In this document: piece after piece, positions 12,751 to 25,871 of the stretch
Layout: each line of letters opens with the position of its first letter
How positions within the stretch are numbered: position 1 is the first letter of the stretch
NCBI GenBank assembly: GCA_951406725.2
Contig: OX597815.1
Coordinates: 172,794,001-172,858,000, forward strand
Reading direction: 5' to 3'
From: Octopus vulgaris
Lineage: Eukaryota
DNA length: 64,000 bases
The notes under the pieces: generated by a model
Told to the model about the DNA's origin: nothing
Seen by the model: the letters and a program-made list of their open reading frames with translations, nothing else
The model's database searches: none
Translations under genes and position numbers: made by a program

Positions 12751-13722
12751 CCCCTTTATATAAATATATTAATTCAAGTATATAGCATTATAGATCTGCT
12801 TCAGCTGATCTTACAAATTGGTGTGGTTTATTGTAGTTGTGTCTCATTTTCTACAGTAACTTAGCAGCTTGGCAAATAGATATCAATGGAATAAGTTACC
12901 AGACTCAAATAAGAAATGATTTGAGGTTGGTATATAACTATTTCTAAATACTGATGTATTTCTATCAAATTCAAGTATTAAATTCTATGATTCAGATTAT
13001 TATTTTATATAAATGATTGAATAAACTTTTTAGAGGTGTTTCACTGCATGGCTGTAGTTCAATGACTAAAATCAGTAAAAGAATAAAAGAAAAATGCATG
13101 TACTACATAAGAACATAGCTAAGTAGGTAGGTAGATGTGTAGTACACATGTACATACATACATTGGTATGTAGGCAGGTAGGTAAGCATATAAGTAGGTT
13201 GGCAGGTAAGTGTACCCAATGTAAACAGGTGCACAAGAAATCCCTATATGGTGTACCCAATGTAAACTATAGGTGCACAAAACATACAGTGGTATCACAC
13301 TCAGGCTGACAGAGAACAACTTCATATGTAGCAAATACATAAGAATTGTTAGCAAACATAGCACTTGTAAAAGAAATTTTTAGACAGTTCTCTAGAAAAT
13401 TTGATAGCTTCTGTTACCTAAGTGGCCTAATTAGCAGTGGGAAAGAGTGCTTTGAAGGCATAGTAGTCAGAGAAATAAGAAGAGAGAAAAAGTTCAGGGA
13501 TCTTTAACCTTTGCAAACAGTGATGGGTAGATTACAGGATGCTGTGTACAAAATGTAATGTTGCATGGTAGTGAAATATGGGCACTAAATGTGGAGGCTG
13601 GAAACAAATGAGAAAATCTTGGTATTTTCCAAGCCAAATTTTGAATTTTATATCTTTTATAATTCACCTGAAGAAAATGGTTTTTACATGATGTAACCAG
13701 TTTATTCATTAATAAAAAACAT

Positions 13723-13924
13723 GCCTGTGCAGGTGGCACGTAAAAAACACCCACTACACTCGCGGAGTGGTTGGCGTTAGGAAGGGCATCCAGCCGTAGA
13801 AACACTGCCAAATCTGACTGGGCCTGATGAAGCCTTCCGGCTTCACAGACCCCAGTTAAACCGTCCAACCCATGCTAGCATGGAAAACGGACGCTAAATG
13901 ATGATGATGATGATGATGATGATG
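13723..13924 (+). mobile_element. RTE-LINE 3' tail (or SINE sharing it) with (GAT)n end, relatively young
   Basis: Near-identical to 16370-16577, retains CpGs and ends in (GAT)n. Confidence 0.85.
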
Positions 13925-14302
13925 CCTGAAACAGCTGTAGTTACCCTTAAACTACTTATTTTCTTTCTTTATGTAAACACCACACCTGGAACTTCCCTAT
14001 GTTGGATCTGGAACTTGCAGTGGATCATGAAACTGCATACGAGCCTGCGTGCGTGTATAATTTCATATATATGTATATCTATATGGATGTGTATATTAAT
14101 TTGTTTATATGCATGTATTAGGATATGTGTTAGGATATGTCCATACACACATTGGTATATGTGTGTGTTTGTATAAGGTATATATACAGCTTATACTAAT
14201 CTCAACCCTAGCTTGATGTCCTTGTTTTTAAAATGCCTTGATTCAAATGAATCCTACAAACAATTAATTATCTATCTATTTATCTATCTACCTGTCTATC
14301 TA

Positions 14303-14365
<63 letters not shown>

Positions 14366-14370
14366 TATAC

Positions 14371-14407
<37 letters not shown>

Positions 14408-14410
<3 letters not shown>

Positions 14411-14889
14411 GCCAAGTGAGATCATAGTTGTGGCCAAAGCTAGTGTTGTGTAACTGACCCATTGTTGGACTTCATTTGTTGGACTTCAATTGTTAGACAA
14501 CATGTTGGGCTTGTGAAGACCTAACAAATTGAGTGAAATTGTAGTCTTGGTACCTATGCTGGTGGCACATAAAAAGCACTGTCCAAGCATTGGACCCCAT
14601 GGAGGCAGTCATAGGTGACCAAGACATTTGGTGATATACTGTGCTTGTGTAGACTAGTCAAGCAAGTGAGACCGTAGTTGTGGCCGATGCTGGTATCAGA
14701 TCATTGTCACCCATGCTGGTGGCAAGTAAAAAACACCCAATACACTCTTGGAGTGGTTGGCATTAGGAAGGGCATCTAGCCATAGAAACCTTGCTAAATC
14801 AGATCAGAACCTGGTGCAGTCCCCCAGCTTACCAGTTTTCGATCAATCCATGCCAGCATGGAAAGGAGACATTAAATGATGATGATGAT
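14408..14889 (+). mobile_element. RTE-LINE 3' UTR fragment with internal subrepeats and (GAT)n
   Basis: Repeated caagtgagatc/accgtagttgtggcc units, then the same tail as 13723 and 16370. Confidence 0.75.
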
Positions 14890-14949
14890 ATATATTCATA
14901 TATATATTCGTGTATATACATAAATTCATATGTTGTGTATATATAGGTA

Positions 14950-14971
14950 CATATGTATGTATGTATGTATG

Positions 14972-15005
<34 letters not shown>

Positions 15006-15075
15006 TGTATGTTTGTTTGTATGTATGTATGTATGTATGTATGTATGTATGTATGTATGTATGTATGTATGTATG
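14950..15075. repeat. (TATG)n microsatellite
   Basis: Direct inspection. Confidence 0.95.
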
Positions 15076-15329
15076 TTATTATATGATAATGAGCTTAGTG
15101 TATTTGTTCACTGTCATGTCAAGGAGATAGGGTGGAAATAGTGTAGGAGCCTATCAAAGAACAAATAGAGAGAGTGAATGGCAGTGGAACTGAACAGATT
15201 GTGAATGGAAAGATAAGGTGTTTCTCTTCCATACTTAACTGAAGTAGATAATAAAGAGTAAGAGAATTTAAATGAAAGTAGACTTTAGCAAGAGGTGTAA
15301 CAAGGAATGCCCCAAATGCTCGACATTCC

Positions 15330-15373
<44 letters not shown>

Positions 15374-15472
15374 ACACACAAGTGAGTGAAGAAATGAAAG
15401 AAAATAGCAATCAATACATTTGCTAGGAGTTATATTTTTAATAACAATTTGATTCTAAGCCATATCACTTAA

Positions 15473-15755
15473 AATTTTATGTGCATGTAGTACACATCCA
15501 TCTCACCAATGCTAGAAAAAGTCTGAGAGTTTTGAGAAAAATTCAGGATGGTTTCTAGGCATCAGGCCTCTACTGGTTAGCTCAGGTCATATGGTGTTAA
15601 AATAGCTGATGTTGCTTTGATAGCATTAATATCACATGACCTGAGATGACCAATAGAAGTCTAACACCAAGAAGATAACTTGAATTTCTCTCAAAATTTT
15701 CACTCTGTTTCTAGCATCTGATGAGTTGGACATGACCTCCATGTCCACAAAACTA
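15473..15755. mobile_element. Old foldback element / MITE (degenerate palindrome)
   Basis: atgctagaaa...tttgagaaaaattcagg...ctcaggtcat pairs with atgacctgag...cttgaatttctctcaaaa...tttctagcat around a ~25-bp centre. Confidence 0.7.
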
Positions 15756-15899
15756 TACATCACATGAAGCTGAATACATATATTCTTACAACCAAACATA
15801 CATAACTATAAATGCTGCCTGTAGCAGATTAGATTCTGCCAATTCTAAAATATGTCCAAAACATAATGTATCTTGTGATGGTGCCACAACAATTCATCA

Positions 15900-16538
15900 G
15901 GAGTTGAGATATGGACTATTGGGATGGTATGGTCATGTACTACAGATGGATGAGGAGAGCTGTGTGAAGAAGTGCCACTCCCAAACAGTTGAAGGAATCC
16001 GGGGTAGAGGTAGACCCAGGAAGACATGGGATGAGGTGGTGAAGCATGACCTTCAAACGTTGGGCCTCACAGAGGCAATGACGAAAGACTGAGACTTCTA
16101 CAGATATGCTGTGACTGTAGAGACCCGACAAATAAAGTGAGTTCACGGCTGTATCCTACACCAGTTTCACATAACCAGCCCCAGCCCATTCAAAAGTACC
16201 TTGGCTCATAGAGCAACATGCTGTGCTTGAGGAGACCTATCAAGTCAAGTACATCAACATCAAAATGAAAATCAAATGGAAATTGTAGTTGTGATCCCCA
16301 TGCTGGTGGCACATAAAAAGCACCATCCGAACATGGCCGATGCCAGCGCCACCTTGACTTGCTTCCGTGCCAGTGGCATGTAAAAAGCACCCACTACACT
16401 CATGGAGTGGTTGGTGTTAGGAAGGGCATCCAGCTGTAGAAACACTGCCAGATCAGACTGGAGCCTGGTGCAGCCTCCTGGCTTTCCAGACCCCAGTCGA
16501 ACTGTCCAACCCTTGCTAGCAAGGAAAACGGATGTTAA

Positions 16539-16577
<39 letters not shown>
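15900..16577 (+). mobile_element. RTE-clade LINE 3' end (ORF C-terminus, 3' UTR, (GAT)n tail)
   Basis: WYGHVLQMDEESCVKKCHSQTVEGIRGRGRPRKTWDEVVKHDL is the classic RTE C-terminal motif. Confidence 0.9.
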
Positions 16578-16579
<2 letters not shown>

Positions 16580-16854
16580 ATATATTGCACAGAATATATA
16601 TACACACACAGAAGTGTATGTATTCTTGATATATTTTAAATCAAACAATTTTGGTGAAATCCAGTAAGTTTTTTGAGTAACTAAACCAATAATTATGAAT
16701 TAAACCATTTCAATGTTGAACTATTTCCGAATCCACTAGATAGATTAGCACAGCTTGTAAAAACCTATGTTCAACAAACAAGACATCATACCATAATGAT
16801 TGCACAATATGGATTTCCTTTCACTGCCATGTTTTTGGTATCCATTATTTTTAC

Positions 16855-17161
16855 TTATTACAGTCTTGGACTATGACCATGCTGGGGCACCACCTTGAAA
16901 GGGTATAGTCAAACAAATCAATACCTGTACTTATTTTTAAGCCTGGTACTTATTCTATCAGTTACTTTTTGCTGAACTGATAAGTTGCAGGAACATAAAC
17001 AAACCAACACCAGGTGTCAAGCAGTAGTGGAAGGAAGGGCAAATACAAACACAAAGACAGACAAGCATAGATGTATACATATGCATACATATACATATAT
17101 ATATGTATATATATATATATTTATGTATGTGTGTATATATATACACACACACACATATAAA

Positions 17162-17194
<33 letters not shown>

Positions 17195-17214
17195 AACATA
17201 CATACACATATATA

Positions 17215-17272
<58 letters not shown>

Positions 17273-17410
17273 CACACACACACACACATACAAACACACA
17301 TACAAACACAAATATTTGGTGGGCTTTCAGTTTCTGTCTACCAAATCCACTCACAAGGCTTTGGTAAGCCTCAGGCAAAGGTGGAAGATACTCGTTCAAG
17401 GTGCCATGCA
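16855..17410 (-). mobile_element. Composite SINE (family A head + internal TA/CA microsatellite + 3' body)
   Basis: Head at 17318-17410 and body ...gaccatgctggggcaccaccttgaa at 16855-17065. The same architecture occurs at 17845-18180. Confidence 0.8.
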
Positions 17411-17844
17411 CCTATATATGCTTATGTGTTTTTTTTATAAAAGCATAACATAAATCAACAAGATTAGATGACTATTGTTAATAGAACAATGTTCTCAGTA
17501 ATCAATAATAACCATGATAATGTCAATGAGAATTATAAACCCAATAAAAAATAATGTTATTTAAATTACTTTATATACATAACAACTTATTAAATAATAT
17601 GCGTAGTAATTTAATACTGATTTCTAACAGGCGCATAGCAGAAATTTTGAGTGTGAGAGGAGTGGAGCAGATTAGATTTACTCTACCACTCAGTTAGTAC
17701 TTATTTAATGAACAACAAAGTGATGAAAGCAATGTCAATCTTGGTAGAATCTGAACTCAGTACATATAGGTATACAACTAAAAACTGTAAAATACTCTAC
17801 CAATTTTGCCACTGGTATGTACTAATTTAATTATCTTTTATATT

Positions 17845-18180
17845 TTAGTTATTTCAGTTCCTTGACTGTGACCATGCTGGGGTACTGCCTTGAAGTTTTT
17901 TTAGCCAAACAAATCAACCCCAATACTGATTTTTGTTAAATCCAGTACTTATTCTATCATTGCCTTATGCTAATCAACTAAATTACATGGATGTAAACAA
18001 GCCAATACTAGTTATCAAGCAGTGATGAAAGACAAACACAATGTATCACACACACACAGATAAATAAATACATGCATATATTAGATATATATACATGATG
18101 GGCTTCTTTTAGTTTCCATTTACCAAATGCACTCACAAAGCCTTGTTTGGCCTGGATCTACAGTAGAAGACATTTGCCCA
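17845..18180 (-). mobile_element. Composite SINE (family A), second copy
   Basis: Aligns to 16855-17410 with a shorter internal microsatellite. Confidence 0.8.
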
Positions 18181-18757
18181 GAGAGCTACTAAAAACTAAA
18201 TACACTTGTCGTCTACTTTGGATAAAACAGTTATCAATAAAAACTCACATTTTGAAGGATCACACCAATTTTACTGGGTTCTTAAGAGGGCCTTAATAAG
18301 CCATAACAGATAACTTTCTCCCAAATCACAACTTGAATTTAATTATCCCACTACCACAACACCAAAAAGCTACATAAATATATTAAGAACAATAGTTTTT
18401 CTCAAAAAGGTTAGTTTTAAATTTTAATTAATTTTGTTATTTCTGTATATATTCTAAAAGTAATATAAGTTATTTTCATTATAATTAAATTTTTAAAATC
18501 ACAAAACTTTTAGCTTACTATATCATAGTGACAAAATAAACAAAATATGAAGATATGCACAGTTTGAAAAAATATTATTTTAAGAACAAACTATAAATAT
18601 CGTATTTAGATATGTTAGTTTTATGTGCAGTAAATTTGAATATGCAAATAAAATAAGTTTTTGGTCATTGCAATAAAACAATTAATTGGATTCAAAGTCA
18701 AGGTAAGTTTCACATTATGAAGGTTATAACCACTAGCAATGATTTATATATACTTAC

Positions 18758-19190
18758 ACGACTTGCTTGTCTTCTATTGAATTCAACCATTTTAACTGAT
18801 TTTCTTTTATTCAAAAAGCTGATAATCCAAGAGGTCTAAAATTATTTTCTTAAAATTTGCCAAACGTAATATATCCAACAAAAACTGTTTGCGAACTGAT
18901 CTATGAAGAGACACAAAAACTAGGTTTCTTCATCATCATTCCTGACATAGCCACAGTACCATAAAGTGTGAAACAGGTAAGTCTGGAACACTATCAATGT
19001 ATTGGTAAAATGATATCAAATTTGTCTTTGTGTGCAAAGTACTTTAATGTCTTCAAGAAGTTATAGAACGAAATCTTGTTTGTTCGAGAAAGTAATATTC
19101 AATTAATATTTCTCACACTTTTTAATATCTTGTTGGTTTACCAGCTGAAACTATGTAGATGTGTGTATCCTTCAACCTCACTTCACTCTA
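18758..19190 (-). other. Candidate upstream/alternative first exon
   Basis: Donor CGT|GTAAGT at 18757-18752 in unique CpG-retaining sequence. ATG at 18790 gives MVEFNRRQASR up to the donor. The 5' boundary is unknown. Confidence 0.35.
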
Positions 19191-20899
19191 CTGCTATGAT
19201 AGGTGAGAGTCTAAGTAGATAACATACACACAGAAGGCTTTTACTATAGGGGAGTGGAAGAAGGGAATAAGATGGAATGCCAGTCAAAAGAGAGAAATAA
19301 GATCTTCATCAGTGTTACTCCTACTGATGACTAAATAGCAGTTAGTTCCTCACCAAACTTAATCAGTAACCTATCTTGCCTGTGTAAGATTTCACAGTTG
19401 CTTGTTGTGTAACTTTATATACCAAAATGGCCTACAGAATTAGAAATGCTGCTTTCATATAAATTTAGTTTGGTGTGGAAATATATAATTGTAAATATTT
19501 AAATAATTTTTCTTATGTAACATATTTATAGTATATAAAGGAAAAACATTATAAAATCCAAACAAAATTATAAAGTAAAACAATGAACTGTTATAAAACT
19601 GCTCTCACTACTGCTGGCACAGTCACTCATAGCATAATAGTATATTTGTTCTTATGGTATTGTTACACCAAGAGAACAAATACTCCATGTTATCCAAAAA
19701 AATTAATGTGGGCAAGAAATTAAAACAACAATTTAGATGATATAAAAGAATAACAACAATGATATCTAATTTTGATTCAAAGCCACAAATTTGTAGCAAA
19801 GGTGTATAAATTCAATTATATCAAACCAAATATACTTCTAGTATTCTTTTTAATAATTGTAGAAGCATTAAAGGCAAAGCCAGGTGCACCAAAATCTAAA
19901 CTGAAAATGTATAGGCATTTCATTCTAGTATTCTACTATTTCTACCATTTCACTACACTCACATTTTCTTACAAGGCCAAAAATTTGTAAAAGAATATAT
20001 TTTCTTCATTCAATCCCAAATATATTACTTGTATGTAATTTATTGAGCCTGAAAGTAAGGACAGGTGTACTTGATAAAAATTGGTCGACTGTGAAAGGAT
20101 TTGAACTCAGTAAATAATGAAATACTACTTGTAATTAAATACTGCTGAAAAACATATTTTCTGGCACTCTACCAATTCTGTCATATAACATGAAGGGACA
20201 TAACTAAATAGTGTAAAACATTTAGTTTGGTTCTTCATCAACTCTACCACTTCATGATCCAAATAATAATAATTATAATAGTTTCTAACTTAATTACAAA
20301 GCCAGACATTCTGATAGAAGAATATAGTCAATTTAGTCAGATATTGTACTTGACATGCACTATTTTATCAAGCCCCAAAGAAAAAAGGGCAAAGTTGATA
20401 CCAACAGGATTTGAACTTGGGATATAAGGAAATGTAACTAAATACTATTGATTTTGTCATATATCCAAAACTATTTCCATACTATCAACATCAGGTGTAC
20501 ACCTTATTACATGCTATACTAAAAATTAAGATGTTATGTAACAATGCATTTATGAGGTTGAGTCATTGTAAATATATATAGAATATGGGGAATCGAAATT
20601 TGTGGAAATTTTTTTTTAATTGAATTGAATGGTAGATTATAAAATGTTTGCTTCAGTGTTTATGTCATTTATACATGTTCCTGTGAAATGTTATAAAACT
20701 ATAATTGGTATACAAGAAACCAAGTGAAACTATTATGGTAGAACACAATATTCTATTTTTGTCATGTGTATTTGCAATAACTGTGTTTGTAAGGGGTGGT
20801 TATACAGTTTGCTTAAGGAATGTCATAATTTGCTTTCCAGGCCTTTATTAGAATTAGTCTTTATTAGATGTTGGGTCTTGCTTATGATACATAATAATA

Positions 20900-21875
20900 T
20901 ATAATAATGAACTTATTGTTTACAGTGCTTAGGTGCACTACAACTCATCAGATAAAGTAACCAAAAGTGGATGAACAGTACATAGAATAATGCACAAGAA
21001 GTGAATAGTGAAGGAGTTGTTTAAAAAAAGAAGGGGCTATCAGATGTACTGCTGGCAAATTTTGGGAATCATGAAAGTTTTGAAGGATGTAGTTTCCTGA
21101 CAGCTAACAGCTGATGCAGGTATTTTATTCTATACTTCAGCAATTCAGGGAGTGAAAAAATGTTTCTGAAAGTCATGGGTGTTCTGTTGTGCTTTGATTT
21201 TGTAAACATGTCCATGAATGTCAGATATATGGAATTCAAAAAAGTGCCCAAGGTTCTTGTTGGAAAGATGGTGGATAATCTTGTGGATGTCTACCAAGTC
21301 AGTTGCCAGACATTGGAGCTTCAATGTATCCATACCCAGTGAAGCAAGATGTTCAGAGTATAGTAGATGCCTGATGGCAGGTCTTTGTCTGGTTGCATGT
21401 TTCTGAACAGTTTCCAGGAGATTGACACACTAAGCAATCAATCTAGACTGGTGATGCAAACTCTAAGTGTGGATATATCATAATCATATACAGCTTTAAA
21501 TAGATAGATAGAGAGCAACTGGCAAAGGTCTTATGGAGTGAGGCTAAGACACTCTTAGCCTTCTTGACAATTTTAGAGATGTAGTTTGTCCAGTGCAAAT
21601 CACTATTGACAATAATGCCCAATTCATGTTCACCAGCAGACTTCTCAAGTTTGGTGTTGTAGAGAGAGTATTTAAAAGTTGGGTTTTCCTCCCAAAATGC
21701 ATGGTGGTGCACTTTTCCACAGCCAGCTTGAGTTGCCAGTCAATAATCCATTGTTGCCTTATGTCCAGGTCTAATTGCAGTAAAGGTCTATAACATAGAG
21801 GGTCTTTTTTTATCTCAAGGCATGGCTTGATGTCATCTGCATATTTCAAAACTTTAACATTCTTCACAATGCCTT
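20900..21875 (-). mobile_element. CR1-like LINE reverse transcriptase C-terminal relic
   Basis: VKVLKYADDIK...LAVEKCTTMHFGRK...ELGIIVNSDLHW...YPHLEFASPV...DLVDIHKIIH across frameshifted ORFs. Confidence 0.9.
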
Positions 21876-21887
21876 TTTGTCATTAGT

Positions 21888-21953
<66 letters not shown>

Positions 21954-23778
21954 GCGTGCGTGCATGTGTTTCATTTGTTTGTATGAATCTGTGCTTCTCC
22001 AAAAATTACTGAGCTACAAGTAGTGACATTGCTTGCATTTCTTGTCATCAAATCATCCACTGACTTCCCACATTTAAAGATGTGTGAAATAAGAGATCAC
22101 TTACTTAAAAACAGATAAGAGTTAGTGACAAGAATGGTATCTGGCTGTAAAATATGGCCTCAATAATATATTCATCTAACTCATGTTAACATAAAAAAGT
22201 GGAAGTAAAAAGGAACAAAATGAAAACAAACTATCATCAAGTAATGCTGGTGCTCATTTTCCTATGAAGTTTTCATGTAGCAGGTGTCTCCGATTATTTT
22301 TCCCATTCATTCATATATTTTGTCCTTTCTCATAAGCTAAATTGAAAACAGCATTCACACAAATGTTTTAGTATGTTTTTAAATATTGAATAAAAATTCA
22401 GATTTAGTTTATAGCTATAAAACACTATAAATTTTTCTAATCATTATTAGAAAGTCTTAACAAAAATGTATCTTTTTTGTAATAAGTTTTTATTATATCT
22501 TAATACAGGCACTTATAAAACTAGTTTGTTTCTCACATATTCCTAATGAAGATCTTCAAATTCTACAGAAAATGTATGTTGCATATTGAATACATTCACC
22601 AGCATGCATTAAATCTTAATATTTTTATCACTTAAACGCTTTTCTTCATTTCAACTGGGTTTACATTTAGAAAAATCAATAGTAATTGATAACGTATGAT
22701 AAAGATTAAAAGTTTATTAGATTATGAAGTAGATTGGAAAATTATAAAATTAAATTTTAATATTAATTATTGAGAAAAAAATAATTAATAAAAACCATTG
22801 TTCAAGAATTGTTGCAAATATGACAGGAAGAAAGCATTTGGATATCATTAAGAAATTGTGATTATCAAAGTTTTCTCAACAACGAAGCCACATTTAGAAA
22901 CAGAATGAAGAATAAGGAAGCACTTTACAGAATTGCGGAGATTGATACCTATTATAAACCTGAGTCACAATATGAATTATTTTCTGTGCAGCACCAGTAA
23001 ATGAAATAAAACCTTACACAATTGAAAATAGAAGATATGGCAGAATTGTCAATTCTTCTAGCTAGCTTGCTTATGAGTTATTTTTCGGCTCCAAGTCAAT
23101 TTTGACAGAGTAGACCTATGAACAAAGGAATACTAGCTATGACCAGTCCATATTATTTAAGGGTTTCTAAGACTACATAATCCAACATGTCCTTCTCTTT
23201 TTCATGATGGTAAGGAGCATTAAGGGATGTTTGGCTACTATTTCTAGCTCAAGCAACTGCATAGGAGTTCTCTCCATTGACTATAAGTTTCATCAATCTG
23301 GTAGGCATTAGATTTAATGTTAAGCTGATGCACATATCAAGTGAGAATATTAATTAAAAGTGTATGACTATCAGCATATATAATTATCATTCTTTCATTA
23401 TTAATATCACCAGAATCACTAAAACCAACTTTATAACCAACAAGAATAATACTATCAAAGACAGGATGTAAACATAATTTTTGGATAACTGACAAATGGT
23501 TAGGGCTTTTATTTCTCCAGGTAAAACAATACCTTTCTGCTTAAAAAGTGCTAAAAAAAAACATTATTTTGTGTTTGTGACATATCTATAAATTTATAAT
23601 TAGACATTCATATATGTCCATGCTGAATTTCACCCTAACATAAGCTTACAAGCTTACCACTACTACTCAATAACATTATCAATAACCAACTCCATTAGTT
23701 TCCTTTGAATGTCAAAAAATAATAGATTATATTTTTTCTAGACAATTCCATTGTAGTCTTCTTATGTGAAAACATTAA

Positions 23779-24165
23779 CCCTTTAGCATTCAGATTCCTT
23801 TGCCAAATGTAATGTTTATTTATTCACATTGCTTTGAATTGTTCATGTATTATCTCATAGCATTAAGATTTCAATGGTGTGATTGTTTATTTTTAAAATA
23901 GCACTGTAAGGTAGGTATGAGAAGCCAGATTTGGCTGATTTGAAGATAAAACAGGTAGGATATTTTGGCTAGATATGGCTGGTTTAACCCTTTAGCTTTC
24001 AGATTATTCTATCAAATGTAACATTTATTTATTAACATTCTTTTGAATTTATCATATGATAAGACTAACATTGTAGGGTAAGTCTGAGAGGCTGGATCTG
24101 GCTAATTAGAACATAAAGCAAGTAGAATATTTTGGCCAGATATGGCCAGGTTAAATGCTAAAGAA
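23779..24165 (+). mobile_element. Tandem pair of piggyBac-like MITEs
   Basis: TTAA-CCCTTTAGC starts at 23779 and again at 23988. Right end atgctaaagaa-TTAA. Homologous to 33875-34090. Confidence 0.85.
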
Positions 24166-24326
24166 TTAAACTTTGATACTGCTAACCACCAAGTTACTTA
24201 TCAGTTTCTAACTAATCTGATATTTTACAACTACTGAGTGCTTTTCTTTTTGTTTTGTTTTCTCTTTTTTCTTTATTTTTGCTGGTTTTTTTTTCTTCTT
24301 CACTCTCTATCTTGTAAAATTCCTTA

Positions 24327-24408
24327 GAGTGCAATGGCTGAGAGAAATAAGAGCTTGCAACTCATCAGCCGAGAAACTGACACCTTATTCACTCAGCCAT
24401 TGCAATTC
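24327..24408. other. Isolated hairpin with branched loop
   Basis: tgcaatggctgagagaaataag pairs with cttattcactcagccattgca at 20 of 22 positions. Confidence 0.7.
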
Positions 24409-24952
24409 CTCAATTTATATAATCTCATTGGCAGTAATTACTAAGAGTAATTAAGAATCATTTTAGGATTTGCTGTTTCAGAGGGAAATTTTTTCTCATC
24501 AAGGCTTGATGAAATTTGAATTTGTTTTTTTATTTCTTTCCAAATTTTGTTATTTCTTACACATTGAAATTTTGAAGAAAACAATAGTGAATAAAATAAA
24601 AATAAGTTAAACAATTACAAAAATAATCATAAAATAATCAGCAATGGAATAAAAAAAAACACAGCAGCTCTGAAAGCATTAACAATATTTGCAAGGTAGG
24701 TTCAATTTATCACTATATCAATATTTGTCTTCAGATGTTTCTATTTATTTACATGTTTTCCTGAGCTGGTACCAATAAAAGTAACAATGCCTCAGTAAAA
24801 CAGGAAATTTCCAAAATGTAATTTCAGTATCAACTCCAGTAAAATATTAATGATAAATAACACCATACAACAACAATAACAGCAGTATTAACAATAGCAT
24901 ACTTATCTTATACATATACAAACATAAATACACACACACACACACACACACT

Positions 24953-25098
24953 TGTGGCTGCATGGGTAAGAAGCTTGCTTCCCAATCATGTGGTTTTGGA
25001 TTCAGTCCCACTGAACAACACCTTGGGCAAGTATCTATAGTCCTAGGCTAACCAAAGCCTTGTGAGTAAACTTGGTAGATGGAAACTGAAAGAACCCC

Positions 25099-25136
<38 letters not shown>

Positions 25137-25200
25137 GGTGTCTTTGTGTTTGTATTTGTCCCTCACAACAAGCATTTGTTTGTTTCAATCTCTATAATAT
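24953..25200 (+). mobile_element. Family A SINE, 3'-truncated
   Basis: tgtggctgcatgggtaagaagcttgcttcccaatc...ggaaactgaaagaacccc followed by (TA)n and the start of the body. Confidence 0.85.
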
Positions 25201-25374
25201 AAAGATGTAGCTTTTTGTTGGTGTGGTGGTGTGATAACTGAATTCAACAATTTTGACTTAGGGGGAAAAGTTTATTGTTATGGCTTATTCTGGCCTTCCT
25301 AAGAACTCAGTGAAACTGATGTGGGCCTTCAAAAAAATATTCCATATATAAAAATCACTTAAATTTATTTGCTT

Positions 25375-25815
25375 TTTTTGTGCGCTAAAGAGAGAAGTTT
25401 TATCACCGAATATGTTAGACAGTAATTCTATTGTTTCCTAAAAACAAATTTCATTGGGTCTTTTGGGCAATATGAAATTAGAGTAACATTCATGCTCTAA
25501 CAGAGCTAATTTTCGCAATAACAATCTCACTTTCTGTTCATCTGACCATGATTTGCGATCTTGCCTAAAAATCTCCTCAAACCTTCTGTAATACGATGCA
25601 AAAGTTATACCCACCTGTGGGTTAAAACTGAATTCATCAATTGAGTTTGAAACACCGTCAGGCAGAAACAAACTTACTTCATTTTTGAACTCCTTTGAAT
25701 ATAGCTTCAATAATTGTTGTTGTAGTAGTTGTTGTTGTAATAGTTGCTTCTGAAACTCCTGTTGCTACACTTGTTGCTTTTGCAACTGTACTATGGAAGC
25801 TAATATATCTTCCAT
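25375..25815 (-). pseudogene. Ty3/gypsy gag N-terminal relic
   Basis: MEDILASIVQLQKQQV*QQ...SIDEFSFNPQVGITFASYYRRFEEIF...DEQKVRLLLRKL...YSNFILPKRP..F*ETIELLSNIFGDKTSLF, with two internal stops, directly downstream of the PBS. Confidence 0.8.
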
Positions 25816-25871
25816 TATTCAACAAGTTGCATCACAAACAAACTGTTAAATAACCTACATGAACTTCAAAA

